From: Urechidicola sp.
GTDB lineage: Bacteria; Bacteroidota; Bacteroidia; Flavobacteriales; Flavobacteriaceae
NCBI GenBank assembly: GCA_028599075.1
Contig: JAQRMW010000277.1
Span: 4,272 to 68,271, forward strand
Direction of reading: 5' to 3'
Length of the DNA stretch: 64,000 nt
Below are positions 9,766-18,591 of the stretch, piece by piece. The notes under the pieces were generated by a model. That model ran no database searches. It was given only the letters and a program-made list of their open reading frames with translations, and was not told the DNA's origin. The translations under genes and the position numbers were made by a program. Each line of letters opens with the position of its first letter. The stretch's first letter is position 1.

Positions 9766-10488
9766 CTATAACTTCTTAGAAGTCATGTTGATTTTCATTG
9801 TCATCTCCTGTCCACTTGCAACCATATTCATGTCCATAGTAGAATAATTCACATTTCCTGTAGCTTTGTCAATTTCCATATTTCCAGAAATTGTACCTTC
9901 TGCTAACAATTCAATAGTACCAGAAATCTCAACTTCAACGATTTCTTCACCAATTGCTTTTACAGTATAAATCATTGTCATATCCATCCCTTTTTCAAGC
10001 TTATTGATGGTCCACGAATCACCAACTTTAACAGCTTCTTTAGGATAAACAACCGTTCCAGAACTGTTTGTAAATTGATCCATTCCATTAACAGGTGGCT
10101 CAACTGTTGTTTCAATAACCTCTGCACGATTGGTTGTTTTAGTCAGTATTGTAGCAGATAGCATCGGTGCAAATTGTGATGCCATCATTTTGCCCATATC
10201 ATCTAATTCTTCTTCAGCAGTTTTAGAATCATAAGACATTGTCTGCCCACCTTGTGAAACATTCATTTTTATACTTTTGATAGTCATATCAATATTATAT
10301 ATAGTATCTGTTACTTCTTTAACATCCATTCCCATTTCAATATTCATAGACATCATTCCTGCTTGTTCCATATCCATAGAAACTAAGAATTGATCGCCTA
10401 CTTCATAGTTTAATCTTAATAAAGTTGATTCTTGTGCAGTAGAAATTAATGTAATTGCAATTGCTAGTAATGTAAATAATTTTTTCAT
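9766..10488 (-). CDS. Met-rich secreted hypothetical protein
   Basis: The start is placed at the internal ATG 10488 (MKKLFTLLAIAITLISTAQ signal peptide). By my count 26 of about 240 residues are Met, clustered in runs such as MDMEQAGMMSMNIEMGMD and STMDMNMVASGQEMTMKINM. Confidence 0.65.
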   Translation of the reverse strand: MKKLFTLLAIAITLISTAQESTLLRLNYEVGDQFLVSMDMEQAGMMSMNIEMGMDVKEVTDTIYNIDMTIKSIKMNVSQGGQTMSYDSKTAEEELDDMGKMMASQFAPMLSATILTKTTNRAEVIETTVEPPVNGMDQFTNSSGTVVYPKEAVKVGDSWTINKLEKGMDMTMIYTVKAIGEEIVEVEISGTIELLAEGTISGNMEIDKATGNVNYSTMDMNMVASGQEMTMKINMTSKKL

Positions 10489-10574
10489 TGTTAATTTTAA
10501 TTTGATGGTTCTTGTTTGTAAAAAAAAATACAAACTCATTACAGTTTGTATTTTATATATATAGTTGTAAAATT

Positions 10575-11030
10575 TTATTCCTTTAGTTTGACTCTAACGG
10601 CATTCATACCTTTCATCCCTTTTTCGAGTTCAAAAGTTACTTTGTCGTTTTCGGCAATTTCATCAATTAAACCAGATACATGGCAAAAATACTTTTCTTG
10701 ATTTTCAGTGTCAATTATAAAGCCAAATCCTTTAGAAGTATCAAAAAATGAAACTTTACCATTTCTAATTGGATCAAATTTATCTTCGTCTCTATCTTCC
10801 TTTTTTGGAATTCCTAATACGATACTTTCAGCATCTACTTTTTCTTTTAAATCTGGATCTGGTGGCGTATCAACCAAGTTACCATTATGATCTACATAGG
10901 CAAATTGAATCCCAAGCCCTTTCTCTTTTTCTAATTTACGAGCCTCTTTTTTCTTAGCTTTCATTTCGCGTTTTTTTAAACGCTTCTTTTCTTTTTCAGA
11001 TTTATTAAAGGTTTGTTGAGATTTTGCCAT
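10575..11030 (-). CDS. cold-shock-domain protein with an N-terminal Lys/Glu-rich extension
   Basis: The C-terminal CSD has RNP1-like KGFGFI and an FCHVSG motif. The N-terminal roughly 40 aa are highly basic (KEKKRLKKREMKAKKKEARKLEKEK). Confidence 0.85.
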   Translation of the reverse strand: MAKSQQTFNKSEKEKKRLKKREMKAKKKEARKLEKEKGLGIQFAYVDHNGNLVDTPPDPDLKEKVDAESIVLGIPKKEDRDEDKFDPIRNGKVSFFDTSKGFGFIIDTENQEKYFCHVSGLIDEIAENDKVTFELEKGMKGMNAVRVKLKE

Positions 11031-11141
11031 TCTAAATTTTAAATTAATTATACTTAATTTTTCAGATTCATTTCCGAAAAACTGCTTACAAATATAGGGT
11101 TTGTAATTGGAAATATTAAATGATACTACTACTTTTATTCG

Positions 11142-11762
11142 CTACACCAAATGAAAAATAACCAATGCATAAATTACAAAGCGTAAAAATCGTAAGAGTC
11201 CAAACAATAAATAATTACGAAATTTATAATTGATAATTCCAGCAGCAATACTAGTTATAGCAAAAGGAATTGGTAATAAGGCCCCTACAATAATTAAAAA
11301 ACCACCCCACTTTCTAATCATCACCAAATGCTTTTTCATCTTCACTTCTAAGTAGTTAAATACTTTTGGAAGTTTAGCAATTGACTTGCCAATAAAATAA
11401 GATATGATTCCACCGATATACGAAAATAAGGCTAAGAAAGAAAGATATAATATAGGCTCTGCGCTCTTACCTGCCCATGCAATAAATATTTCTGGAGGAA
11501 CTAATCCTAATAAAGATTCTGAAACAAAAAATACTGCTATAATAGTAAATGGTGAATACTTTTCTATTATTGTTGCAAACAATGCGTTGAAATCGACTAC
11601 AAAATAATGCACAAAAAACAATGCTCCCACAAATAGTGCGATTGGCAAAATAGATTTTACCACACTCTTTTTTACAAAAGAATAAAACCCAGTATAACTA
11701 TAATACTGATGTAATAATCGAAACCTAGATTTCTTTACAGATGGCTTTGAAGCGGGATTCAT
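11142..11762 (-). CDS. DedA/VTT-domain (YqaA-like) membrane protein
   Basis: Multi-TM 206-aa protein with SESLLGLVPPEIFIAWAG and a GGIISYFIGK-type motif, which I recall from the DedA/SNARE-associated family. Confidence 0.6.
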   Translation of the reverse strand: MNPASKPSVKKSRFRLLHQYYSYTGFYSFVKKSVVKSILPIALFVGALFFVHYFVVDFNALFATIIEKYSPFTIIAVFFVSESLLGLVPPEIFIAWAGKSAEPILYLSFLALFSYIGGIISYFIGKSIAKLPKVFNYLEVKMKKHLVMIRKWGGFLIIVGALLPIPFAITSIAAGIINYKFRNYLLFGLLRFLRFVIYALVIFHLV

Positions 11763-11875
11763 TTAATATTGATTCTAATTCTTAATTTGAATGCAAATAT
11801 ACTATTAAATGTGAATTTTGAATGTAACAATCAATACACTTAACAGTATTTTAGGAACCTAGGAATAAGTGTAAA

Positions 11876-13441
11876 CTATTTAAAAATTAACTTTATTGAT
11901 TCTGAATCATTTACATGTAAAAAATAAATACCTGCTGGCAGGTTATCTCTTTCAAAAACCACGTCAGATTCATTATTATAATTGATTTCTCTCAACAGTT
12001 TTCCTAGTACTGAATAAATTTTTACTGAATTAATATTCTCTCCTTTTACAACAAGTTCATCAAAACTATCTGAGGGATTAGGATATAAATAGGTTTTATT
12101 TGGATACAAATCATATTCATTAACAGATAAACCTCCAAAGTTTCCTGCAAGCGAAATAACTATTGATGTTCCTTTATTAAAGGCTAAGGTCGTTCCTTGA
12201 GCATCATCTTGGTTTGCGTTGTTAGCTACATTTGGCGCTTGAATTGACATAAATAAGAACTTAAAATCTGGAGTAAATGTAATACCTGTTGGCTCACCAT
12301 CAGTTGGCATAATCGCAAATACTCTCACATTTGGACTTCCTTGTGTGTGGTCACTACCTACAACCCAGATATAATTATTACCTCCGTCTTGAAACACCCA
12401 TAAATTACCATCACCATCAAAAGCTAAATTATCATTTCCAGCTCCCCAAGCAGTACTTACAGTGCCACCACTATGCGTAATATCATAGCTCATACCTCCA
12501 ACAAAAGTTTCCATAGTAGCAGTTGTTCCTGTTAATGGATCAGAATCTTGAAACCGATATACACGCTCATCACCAGAACCTTTTACAGCTAAATAAACCA
12601 TTCCATCTGGTCCTATTTCTACATCCTCTATTCCGTTAAAAACAGTAGCCCCTGCAGAAGCACTTTGTGACAGCGTTGTATTTCGTTCGCTTACTGTTGT
12701 ATTATCGAGCAATACCCAAGTTCCTGCCCCAGCTTTTGAACCAGTATAGACATAAAGCAAACCATCACTTAAATCTTGTGCATTTGTTGCTACAAATTTA
12801 TATAGATATCCAGGATTAGAATCAGCTCCTTGATAAACCGTTCGGTCATTTGAATGAATTGTTACATTTTCATGTGCCATATTTCCCATAGCCCAACGCT
12901 TACCTAAAACTGTCTTTGTAGCGGGGTCAATTTCAACATTCCATCCAGCATCATAGTATCCATTAAAAGGTGGGCTTATATCTAGTGGAATTGAAACTTC
13001 TTCACTAGAAATAACTGTACCCCATGATGTAACTGTACCAGAACAATTGCCATACGTTGGTCCTACAGCAGAGAAATCTAGCCCTTCAGATGCTGTTATT
13101 TCCCAAAAATTAGTGGTACCATTAAAGTTAATATCAAAAATAGTTACAGCCCCTGGTCCAGCACCAACAGGGCTCTCATGGTTAAGACTTATATAACCAT
13201 TAGTACTACTCCCAGCAATTGGAACATAAGCTGTGAAATCTGGAGTTGCAGGTAATGTACCTCCCGCAGTTAAAGCATCACCTGTTTCAGAAATTCGCTG
13301 AAATGAATGTGTTGATGGCAGCACTAATTGGTCCGTTTGAGCAACTGGTTCAACGGATATAAAATCTCCAATTGATTGTGCTGAAATTTGAAAAATAAAA
13401 AGGGATAAGGTACTAGCTAGAAGTATTTTTTTGATTTGCAT
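11876..13441 (-). CDS. PhoX-like/DUF839 beta-propeller secreted protein with a T9SS C-terminal sorting domain
   Basis: It has a signal peptide and propeller-like repeats (DNLAFDGDGNLWVFQDGG). The C-terminus LYPNPSDS...GIYFLHVNDSESIKLIFK is a T9SS CTD pattern. The PhoX/DUF839 assignment is from recollection only. Confidence 0.7.
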   Translation of the reverse strand: MQIKKILLASTLSLFIFQISAQSIGDFISVEPVAQTDQLVLPSTHSFQRISETGDALTAGGTLPATPDFTAYVPIAGSSTNGYISLNHESPVGAGPGAVTIFDINFNGTTNFWEITASEGLDFSAVGPTYGNCSGTVTSWGTVISSEEVSIPLDISPPFNGYYDAGWNVEIDPATKTVLGKRWAMGNMAHENVTIHSNDRTVYQGADSNPGYLYKFVATNAQDLSDGLLYVYTGSKAGAGTWVLLDNTTVSERNTTLSQSASAGATVFNGIEDVEIGPDGMVYLAVKGSGDERVYRFQDSDPLTGTTATMETFVGGMSYDITHSGGTVSTAWGAGNDNLAFDGDGNLWVFQDGGNNYIWVVGSDHTQGSPNVRVFAIMPTDGEPTGITFTPDFKFLFMSIQAPNVANNANQDDAQGTTLAFNKGTSIVISLAGNFGGLSVNEYDLYPNKTYLYPNPSDSFDELVVKGENINSVKIYSVLGKLLREINYNNESDVVFERDNLPAGIYFLHVNDSESIKLIFK

Positions 13442-13484
13442 GACTTTAGTGTTTAGATTAAACTAAAAGTCTTTGGGCAAATAA

Positions 13485-13522
13485 AAAATGGATTGAATAC
13501 TCAAAAGTACAAAATCCATTTT
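13485..13522 (-). terminator. rho-independent terminator downstream of leuB
   Basis: AAAATGGATT / AATCCATTTT forms a 10-bp stem with an 18-nt loop. On the minus strand it is followed by UUUUUUAUUUG. Confidence 0.6.
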
Positions 13523-13550
13523 AAAAATCTGATTATAAGCAAAATAAACT

Positions 13551-14609
13551 TTAGATGTTGGCTGCTAGCCAATCTCCTACTTCACTTGTTTTATACGCTT
13601 TTTTGTTTTCTGCTAAGTCTTCTGTTACAACGCCTTTGGCTAAGGATTTATTGACTACTGTACGAATAGCTTCTGCTTCATCTTTTAAACCGAAAGCCAT
13701 GTCAAACATCATCGCCGCAGATAAAATAGTTGCTAATGGATTTGCAATATTTTTTCCTGCTGCCTGCGGATACGAACCATGAATGGGTTCGAATAACAAA
13801 TTATCAGTTCCGACAGAAGCTGATGGCATTAAGCCCATTGAACCAGAAATAACCGATGCTTCATCAGTTAAAATATCTCCAAATAAGTTTTCGGTAATCA
13901 AGACATCATATGAATTTGGCCATTGTACCAAACGCATTGCTACTGCATCAACAAACTCATAAGAAACTTCTACTTCTGGATATTCTTTTTCCATTGCCTG
14001 AACAGTTTCTCTCCACAGTCTTGATGTTTCTAAAACATTTGCCTTATCTACACAACACAACTTTTTAGAACGTGTCATTGCCAGTTCAAAACCTTTTTTT
14101 GCTAAACGCTTAACTTCTGCTCTTGTATAAACACAATTATCAAATGCAGTTTCACCACCATCTCTTCTACCTTTTTCACCGAAATAGATTCCTCCAGTTA
14201 ATTCACGCAAAAAAACCAAATCAGTTCCTTCAATTCGTTCTCTTTTTAATGGTGATTTATCAATTAATGAAGGAAAAGTAAATGTTGGTCTTACATTGGC
14301 AAACAACCCTAATTTTTTACGCATTTCTAACAAACCTTGTTCTGGTCTTACTTCAGCACTTGGGTCATTATCGTACTTTGGGTGACCAATAGCACCAAAC
14401 AAAACAGCATCGGCGCTAACGCATACTTCATGTGTTTTATCTGGATATGGATTACCAACAGCATCTATTGCTGCAGCACCTGTCAAAGCTGGAGTCCAAC
14501 TTATTTCATGTCCAAATTTTTTCGCAACTGCATCACTTACTTTTACGGCTTGGTCTATAACTTCTGGGCCTATTCCGTCTCCTGCTAAAAGGGCTATGTT
14601 TAATTTCAT
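13551..14609 (-). CDS. leuB: 3-isopropylmalate dehydrogenase
   Basis: The N-terminus MKLNIALLAGDGIGPEV and the NLFGDILTDEASVISGSMGLMPSAS motif are classic LeuB signatures. It is the last gene of the leu cluster. Confidence 0.95.
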   Translation of the reverse strand: MKLNIALLAGDGIGPEVIDQAVKVSDAVAKKFGHEISWTPALTGAAAIDAVGNPYPDKTHEVCVSADAVLFGAIGHPKYDNDPSAEVRPEQGLLEMRKKLGLFANVRPTFTFPSLIDKSPLKRERIEGTDLVFLRELTGGIYFGEKGRRDGGETAFDNCVYTRAEVKRLAKKGFELAMTRSKKLCCVDKANVLETSRLWRETVQAMEKEYPEVEVSYEFVDAVAMRLVQWPNSYDVLITENLFGDILTDEASVISGSMGLMPSASVGTDNLLFEPIHGSYPQAAGKNIANPLATILSAAMMFDMAFGLKDEAEAIRTVVNKSLAKGVVTEDLAENKKAYKTSEVGDWLAANI

Positions 14610-14700
14610 TATTTAAAGCTTTAAGCTATTGGCATTAAGCCGCAAGCAAATTTTGTTTTTTATTTACTGCCTAAAGCTTAACGCCTAAAGCATATTTAAT

Positions 14701-16218
14701 TTAAATTATATTCAACATTCGTTCAGTTGCTTTAATTGCTGATACTGTTTGGTCAGAATCTAAGCCTCTGGTTTTAAATTTTTTTTCTTCACTTTTCCAA
14801 GTAATAATGGTTTCACAAAGAGCGTCAGAATGTGATCCCGGAGGAATCCTAACTGCGTAATCAATTAGTGTTGGTAAAGCAATTCCTTTCTCTTTATATA
14901 CTTTTCTTATGGCATTCATAAAAGCATCAAACTGACCATCTCCTTGAGCGTTTTCTTCAAACGATTCATCGTCAATAGTCAATGATACTGTAGTTGAAGG
15001 GCGTAACCCTTTTGAATGAGTAAGCACATATGAATCTACATGTACCAATTTTTTATTTGAATGGTTATCTAAAACTTCGGCAATAATATATGGTAAATCA
15101 TCTTTGGTTACTACTTGTTTTTTATCACCTAATTCAATAATACGTTTTGTAACTTTCTTTAAGTCATCATCATTTAATTGCAATCCCAATTCTTGTAAAT
15201 TCTTTTGGATGTTCGCTTTTCCTGATGACTTCCCTAAGGCATATTCTCTTTTTCTACCAAAACGTTCGGGCAACAAATCATTGAAATATAAATTCTTTTT
15301 ATTATCACCATCTGCATGTATGCCAGCTGTTTGTGTAAAAACATTATCACCAACAACGGGTTTGTTTACCGGAATTCTAAAGCCCGAAAAAGTCTCTACT
15401 AATTTACTAACTGTATTCAGAGCCTTTTCATTTACGCCAATTTTAACCGTTGTCATAAAGTCATTCATAACTGCAATGACACTAGCCATAGGTGCATTAC
15501 CAGCACGCTCTCCCATTCCGTTAACAGTTAAATGTAAACCGTCGATTCCTGCTTTAGCAGCCTCCATGGCATTGGCAACACCCAAATCATAATCATTATG
15601 AGCGTGAAAATCAAAATGTAAGGTTGGATATTTTTCTCTAATTTCTGAAACAAATGCAAAAGATTCTGCTGGAGTTAAAACACCTAAAGTATCAGGAAGC
15701 ATAATTCTCTTTACAGGTTGAGTAGACAAAAAAGCTAGAAATTTAAAAACATATTCTTTAGAATTTCGCATTCCGTTACTCCAATCTTCCAAATAAATAT
15801 TTGTTTCTATTTGGTTTTCTTTAGCTAAATAAATATTAACTGCTATTTCTTTAAAGTGTTGATTTGCTGTTTTTTTAAGTTGGTAAGTTAAATGATTTAA
15901 TGAGCCTTTAGTTAATAAGTTTTGAACCTTTGCACCTGCCTCTTTCATCCAATCAATCGAAATACCATTATCAACAAATGTCAATACTTCAACAGCATTT
16001 ATATGTCCATTTTTACTAGCCCATTCAGTAACATCCTTTACCGCCTGAAATTCACCTTCTGACACTCTTGCTGATGCAATCTCAATGCGATCAACCTTTA
16101 ACTCTTCTAATAAAAGTTTAGCAATGGTCAATTTTTCAGACGCAGAAAATGACACACCCGAGGTTTGCTCACCATCGCGTAATGTCGTATCCATTATTTC
16201 GATTCTCCTAATGCTCAT
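14701..16218 (-). CDS. leuA: 2-isopropylmalate synthase / citramalate synthase family enzyme (LeuA/CimA-type)
   Basis: It has the catalytic HMGL-like motif IMDTTLRDGEQ, HAHNDYDLGVAN, and a C-terminal LeuA-dimer regulatory-domain-like tail. The start is set at ATG 16218 (MSIRRIEIMD...), 7 nt after the leuD stop; the ORF-track start at 16248 would overlap leuD. The IPMS versus citramalate synthase question is discussed in the findings. Confidence 0.9.
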   Translation of the reverse strand: MSIRRIEIMDTTLRDGEQTSGVSFSASEKLTIAKLLLEELKVDRIEIASARVSEGEFQAVKDVTEWASKNGHINAVEVLTFVDNGISIDWMKEAGAKVQNLLTKGSLNHLTYQLKKTANQHFKEIAVNIYLAKENQIETNIYLEDWSNGMRNSKEYVFKFLAFLSTQPVKRIMLPDTLGVLTPAESFAFVSEIREKYPTLHFDFHAHNDYDLGVANAMEAAKAGIDGLHLTVNGMGERAGNAPMASVIAVMNDFMTTVKIGVNEKALNTVSKLVETFSGFRIPVNKPVVGDNVFTQTAGIHADGDNKKNLYFNDLLPERFGRKREYALGKSSGKANIQKNLQELGLQLNDDDLKKVTKRIIELGDKKQVVTKDDLPYIIAEVLDNHSNKKLVHVDSYVLTHSKGLRPSTTVSLTIDDESFEENAQGDGQFDAFMNAIRKVYKEKGIALPTLIDYAVRIPPGSHSDALCETIITWKSEEKKFKTRGLDSDQTVSAIKATERMLNII

Positions 16219-16225
16219 TTCTTTT

Positions 16226-16822
16226 TTAAAAAGGTCGTGTTGATGCAAATGTTTTTATCTCACTTTTGATGTTTTTTAAATAATCGATATCATCAAAACC
16301 ATTGAGCATATTTCCTTTTTTGTACCCATTAATATCAAAAGACTCTTTTGCTCCTGTTGATAGAATTGTAATTTTCTGATTTTCTAAATTAATTTCTAAT
16401 TCAGTAGTAGCATCGTCATAGATAGCCGCAAATATTTGTTCAGCAAATTCAGGACTTACTTGAACTGGTAGCACCCCAACATTTAGACAGTTGTTTTTAA
16501 AAATATCTGCAAAGAAAGAAGAAACTACACATCTAAATCCGTAGTCATAAACAGACCACGCTGCATGCTCTCTAGAAGATCCTGAACCAAAGTTCTTACC
16601 TCCTACTAATATTTTTCCACTATAAATAGGATTGTTTAAAACAAAGTCTTCTTTTAAAGAACCGTTAGCATTGTATCTCCAATCACGAAATAAATTGTCG
16701 CCAAATCCTTTACGTTCTGTTGCTTTTAAAAACCGTGCAGGTATAATCTGATCGGTATCTACATTCTCAATTGGCAATGGAACTGCTGTAGATGTTAATG
16801 TTGTGAATTTATCGTAAGCCAT
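16226..16822 (-). CDS. leuD: 3-isopropylmalate dehydratase small subunit
   Basis: VDTDQIIPARFLK and GKNFGSGSSREHA motifs. It lies between leuC and the synthase gene. Confidence 0.95.
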   Translation of the reverse strand: MAYDKFTTLTSTAVPLPIENVDTDQIIPARFLKATERKGFGDNLFRDWRYNANGSLKEDFVLNNPIYSGKILVGGKNFGSGSSREHAAWSVYDYGFRCVVSSFFADIFKNNCLNVGVLPVQVSPEFAEQIFAAIYDDATTELEINLENQKITILSTGAKESFDINGYKKGNMLNGFDDIDYLKNIKSEIKTFASTRPF

Positions 16823-16921
16823 ATTTTTTAGTATTCTGTTGCCAGTTGTCAGTTGACAGTATTATATTTTTTAAATTCTTTTTATTAAGTTTTTAACAGA
16901 AAGCTGTTTATTTTGATTGAG

Positions 16922-18316
16922 CTATAAAAAATTTCTAGGATCTGTTACTACTCCTGTAACCGCTGCTGCTGCAGCAACTAATGGACTCGCCAATAAAGTT
17001 CTTGCTCCTGGCCCCTGTCGTCCTTCAAAATTTCTGTTCGATGTGCTTACCGCATATTTACCAGCAGGCACTTTATCATCATTCATAGCTAAACACGCTG
17101 AGCAACCAGGTTGTCTTAGTACAAATCCTGCTTCATTTAAAATATCTAAAATCCCTTCTTCTTTAATTTTATCTTCTACCACGTGAGAACCAGGAACTAA
17201 CCAAACGGTAACATCCTCTGATTTTTGTTTTCCTTTTATGATGGAAGCAAAATCACGAAAATCTTCGATACGCCCATTGGTACAACTTCCTACAAATACA
17301 TAGTCAATTTTCTTACCCAACATCGGTTCGTTTTCTGCATAGCCCATATAAGATAATGATTTATCATAGGTTGCTTTTCCACCTTCAACAGCTTCAGCAG
17401 TTGGAATATTTTGTGAGATACCAATTCCCATTCCTGGATTGGTACCATAGGTAATCATCGGCTCAATATCTGCTGCATCAAAATTAAATTCTTTGTCAAA
17501 CTTAGCATCCTCATCTGTTTTTAGAGTTTTCCAATATTCCATAGCTGTGTCCCAATCTGCTCCTTTTGGAGTCATAGCAAGACCTTCTATATAGTCAAAA
17601 GTTTTTTTGTCAGGAGCTATCATTCCACCTCGAGCACCCATTTCGATACTTAAATTGCAAACTGTCATACGTCCTTCCATCGTCATGTTTTCAAAAACGT
17701 CACCAGCATATTCAACAAAATACCCTGTGGCACCAGATGTAGTTAATTGAGAAATAATATATAAACCAACATCTTTAGGTGTTACCCCTTTATTTAAAAC
17801 ACCATTCACTTTGATCCGCATTTTTTTAGGTTTTGGTTGCATAATACATTGGGTAGCAAACACCATTTCTACTTCCGATGTCCCTATACCAAAAGCAATT
17901 GCACCAAAAGCACCATGTGTCGATGTATGTGAATCTCCACAAACAATAGTAGCACCTGGAAGCGTAATTCCGTTTTCTGGACCAACCACATGTACAATTC
18001 CATTATTTTTATGACCTAAGCCCCAATGGCTAATCCCAAACTCTTTCGAGTTATATTCTAAGGCTTTTAATTGATTAGCAGATAAAGGATCTTTAACTGG
18101 TAAATGTTGGTTTATTGTTGGTGTGTTATGATCGGCAGTAGCAAAAGTACGCTCAGGATATAATACATTTAAACCTCTTGCTTTTAATCCAACAAAAGCT
18201 ACAGGACTTGTAACTTCATGAATTAAATGGCGGTCTATAAAAAAGACATCAGGCCCATCTTCTATTTTTTGCACTACATGCGAATCCCAAACTTTATCAA
18301 ATAATGTTTTACTCAT
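16922..18316 (-). CDS. leuC: 3-isopropylmalate dehydratase large subunit
   Basis: [15 protein letters not shown]..., [23 protein letters not shown] and [10 protein letters not shown] are aconitase-family LeuC signatures. Confidence 0.95.
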   Translation of the reverse strand: MSKTLFDKVWDSHVVQKIEDGPDVFFIDRHLIHEVTSPVAFVGLKARGLNVLYPERTFATADHNTPTINQHLPVKDPLSANQLKALEYNSKEFGISHWGLGHKNNGIVHVVGPENGITLPGATIVCGDSHTSTHGAFGAIAFGIGTSEVEMVFATQCIMQPKPKKMRIKVNGVLNKGVTPKDVGLYIISQLTTSGATGYFVEYAGDVFENMTMEGRMTVCNLSIEMGARGGMIAPDKKTFDYIEGLAMTPKGADWDTAMEYWKTLKTDEDAKFDKEFNFDAADIEPMITYGTNPGMGIGISQNIPTAEAVEGGKATYDKSLSYMGYAENEPMLGKKIDYVFVGSCTNGRIEDFRDFASIIKGKQKSEDVTVWLVPGSHVVEDKIKEEGILDILNEAGFVLRQPGCSACLAMNDDKVPAGKYAVSTSNRNFEGRQGPGARTLLASPLVAAAAAVTGVVTDPRNFL

Positions 18317-18591
18317 AATTATTTACTCATTTTGAAGTGAGCAAATTTATGAAAAACAAGCCTCTTAATGTACTTCGCTAAGAATCTTTGATACGATATT
18401 CAGCATTTTTATAGTATCACTATTTCAAGTAGTGATATATCTTGAAACACTAATAAAACTGTGGGTTTATTGATGAATTTTTAATGTGATGATTTACGAG
18501 GGTCAGTTTTAAAAAGAAATATATTATCTATGAAGTTAGATGACAGAGGATGGAGGATGGGCGATGAAAGACTGGAGGCTTAAGTTAGAAA

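Noticed and set aside
15104-15592. Long antisense ORFs inside conserved genes: 15104-15592 in leuA, 41916-42404 in clpC, 8830-9291 in topB, 27922-28356 in dnaJ, 31760-32307 in the helicase, and 45442-45768 in gyrA
   Set aside because: Each is fully nested opposite a strongly conserved protein gene. They have low-complexity Ser/Leu/Phe-rich translations and no recognisable motifs or start context, so they are typical shadow ORFs.
18530-18583. Plus-strand mini-ORF MKLDDRGWRMGDERLEA in the leu upstream region
   Set aside because: It is generated by the G-rich heptamer array itself. There is no supporting start context or conservation argument, so it is treated as repeat sequence, not as a gene.
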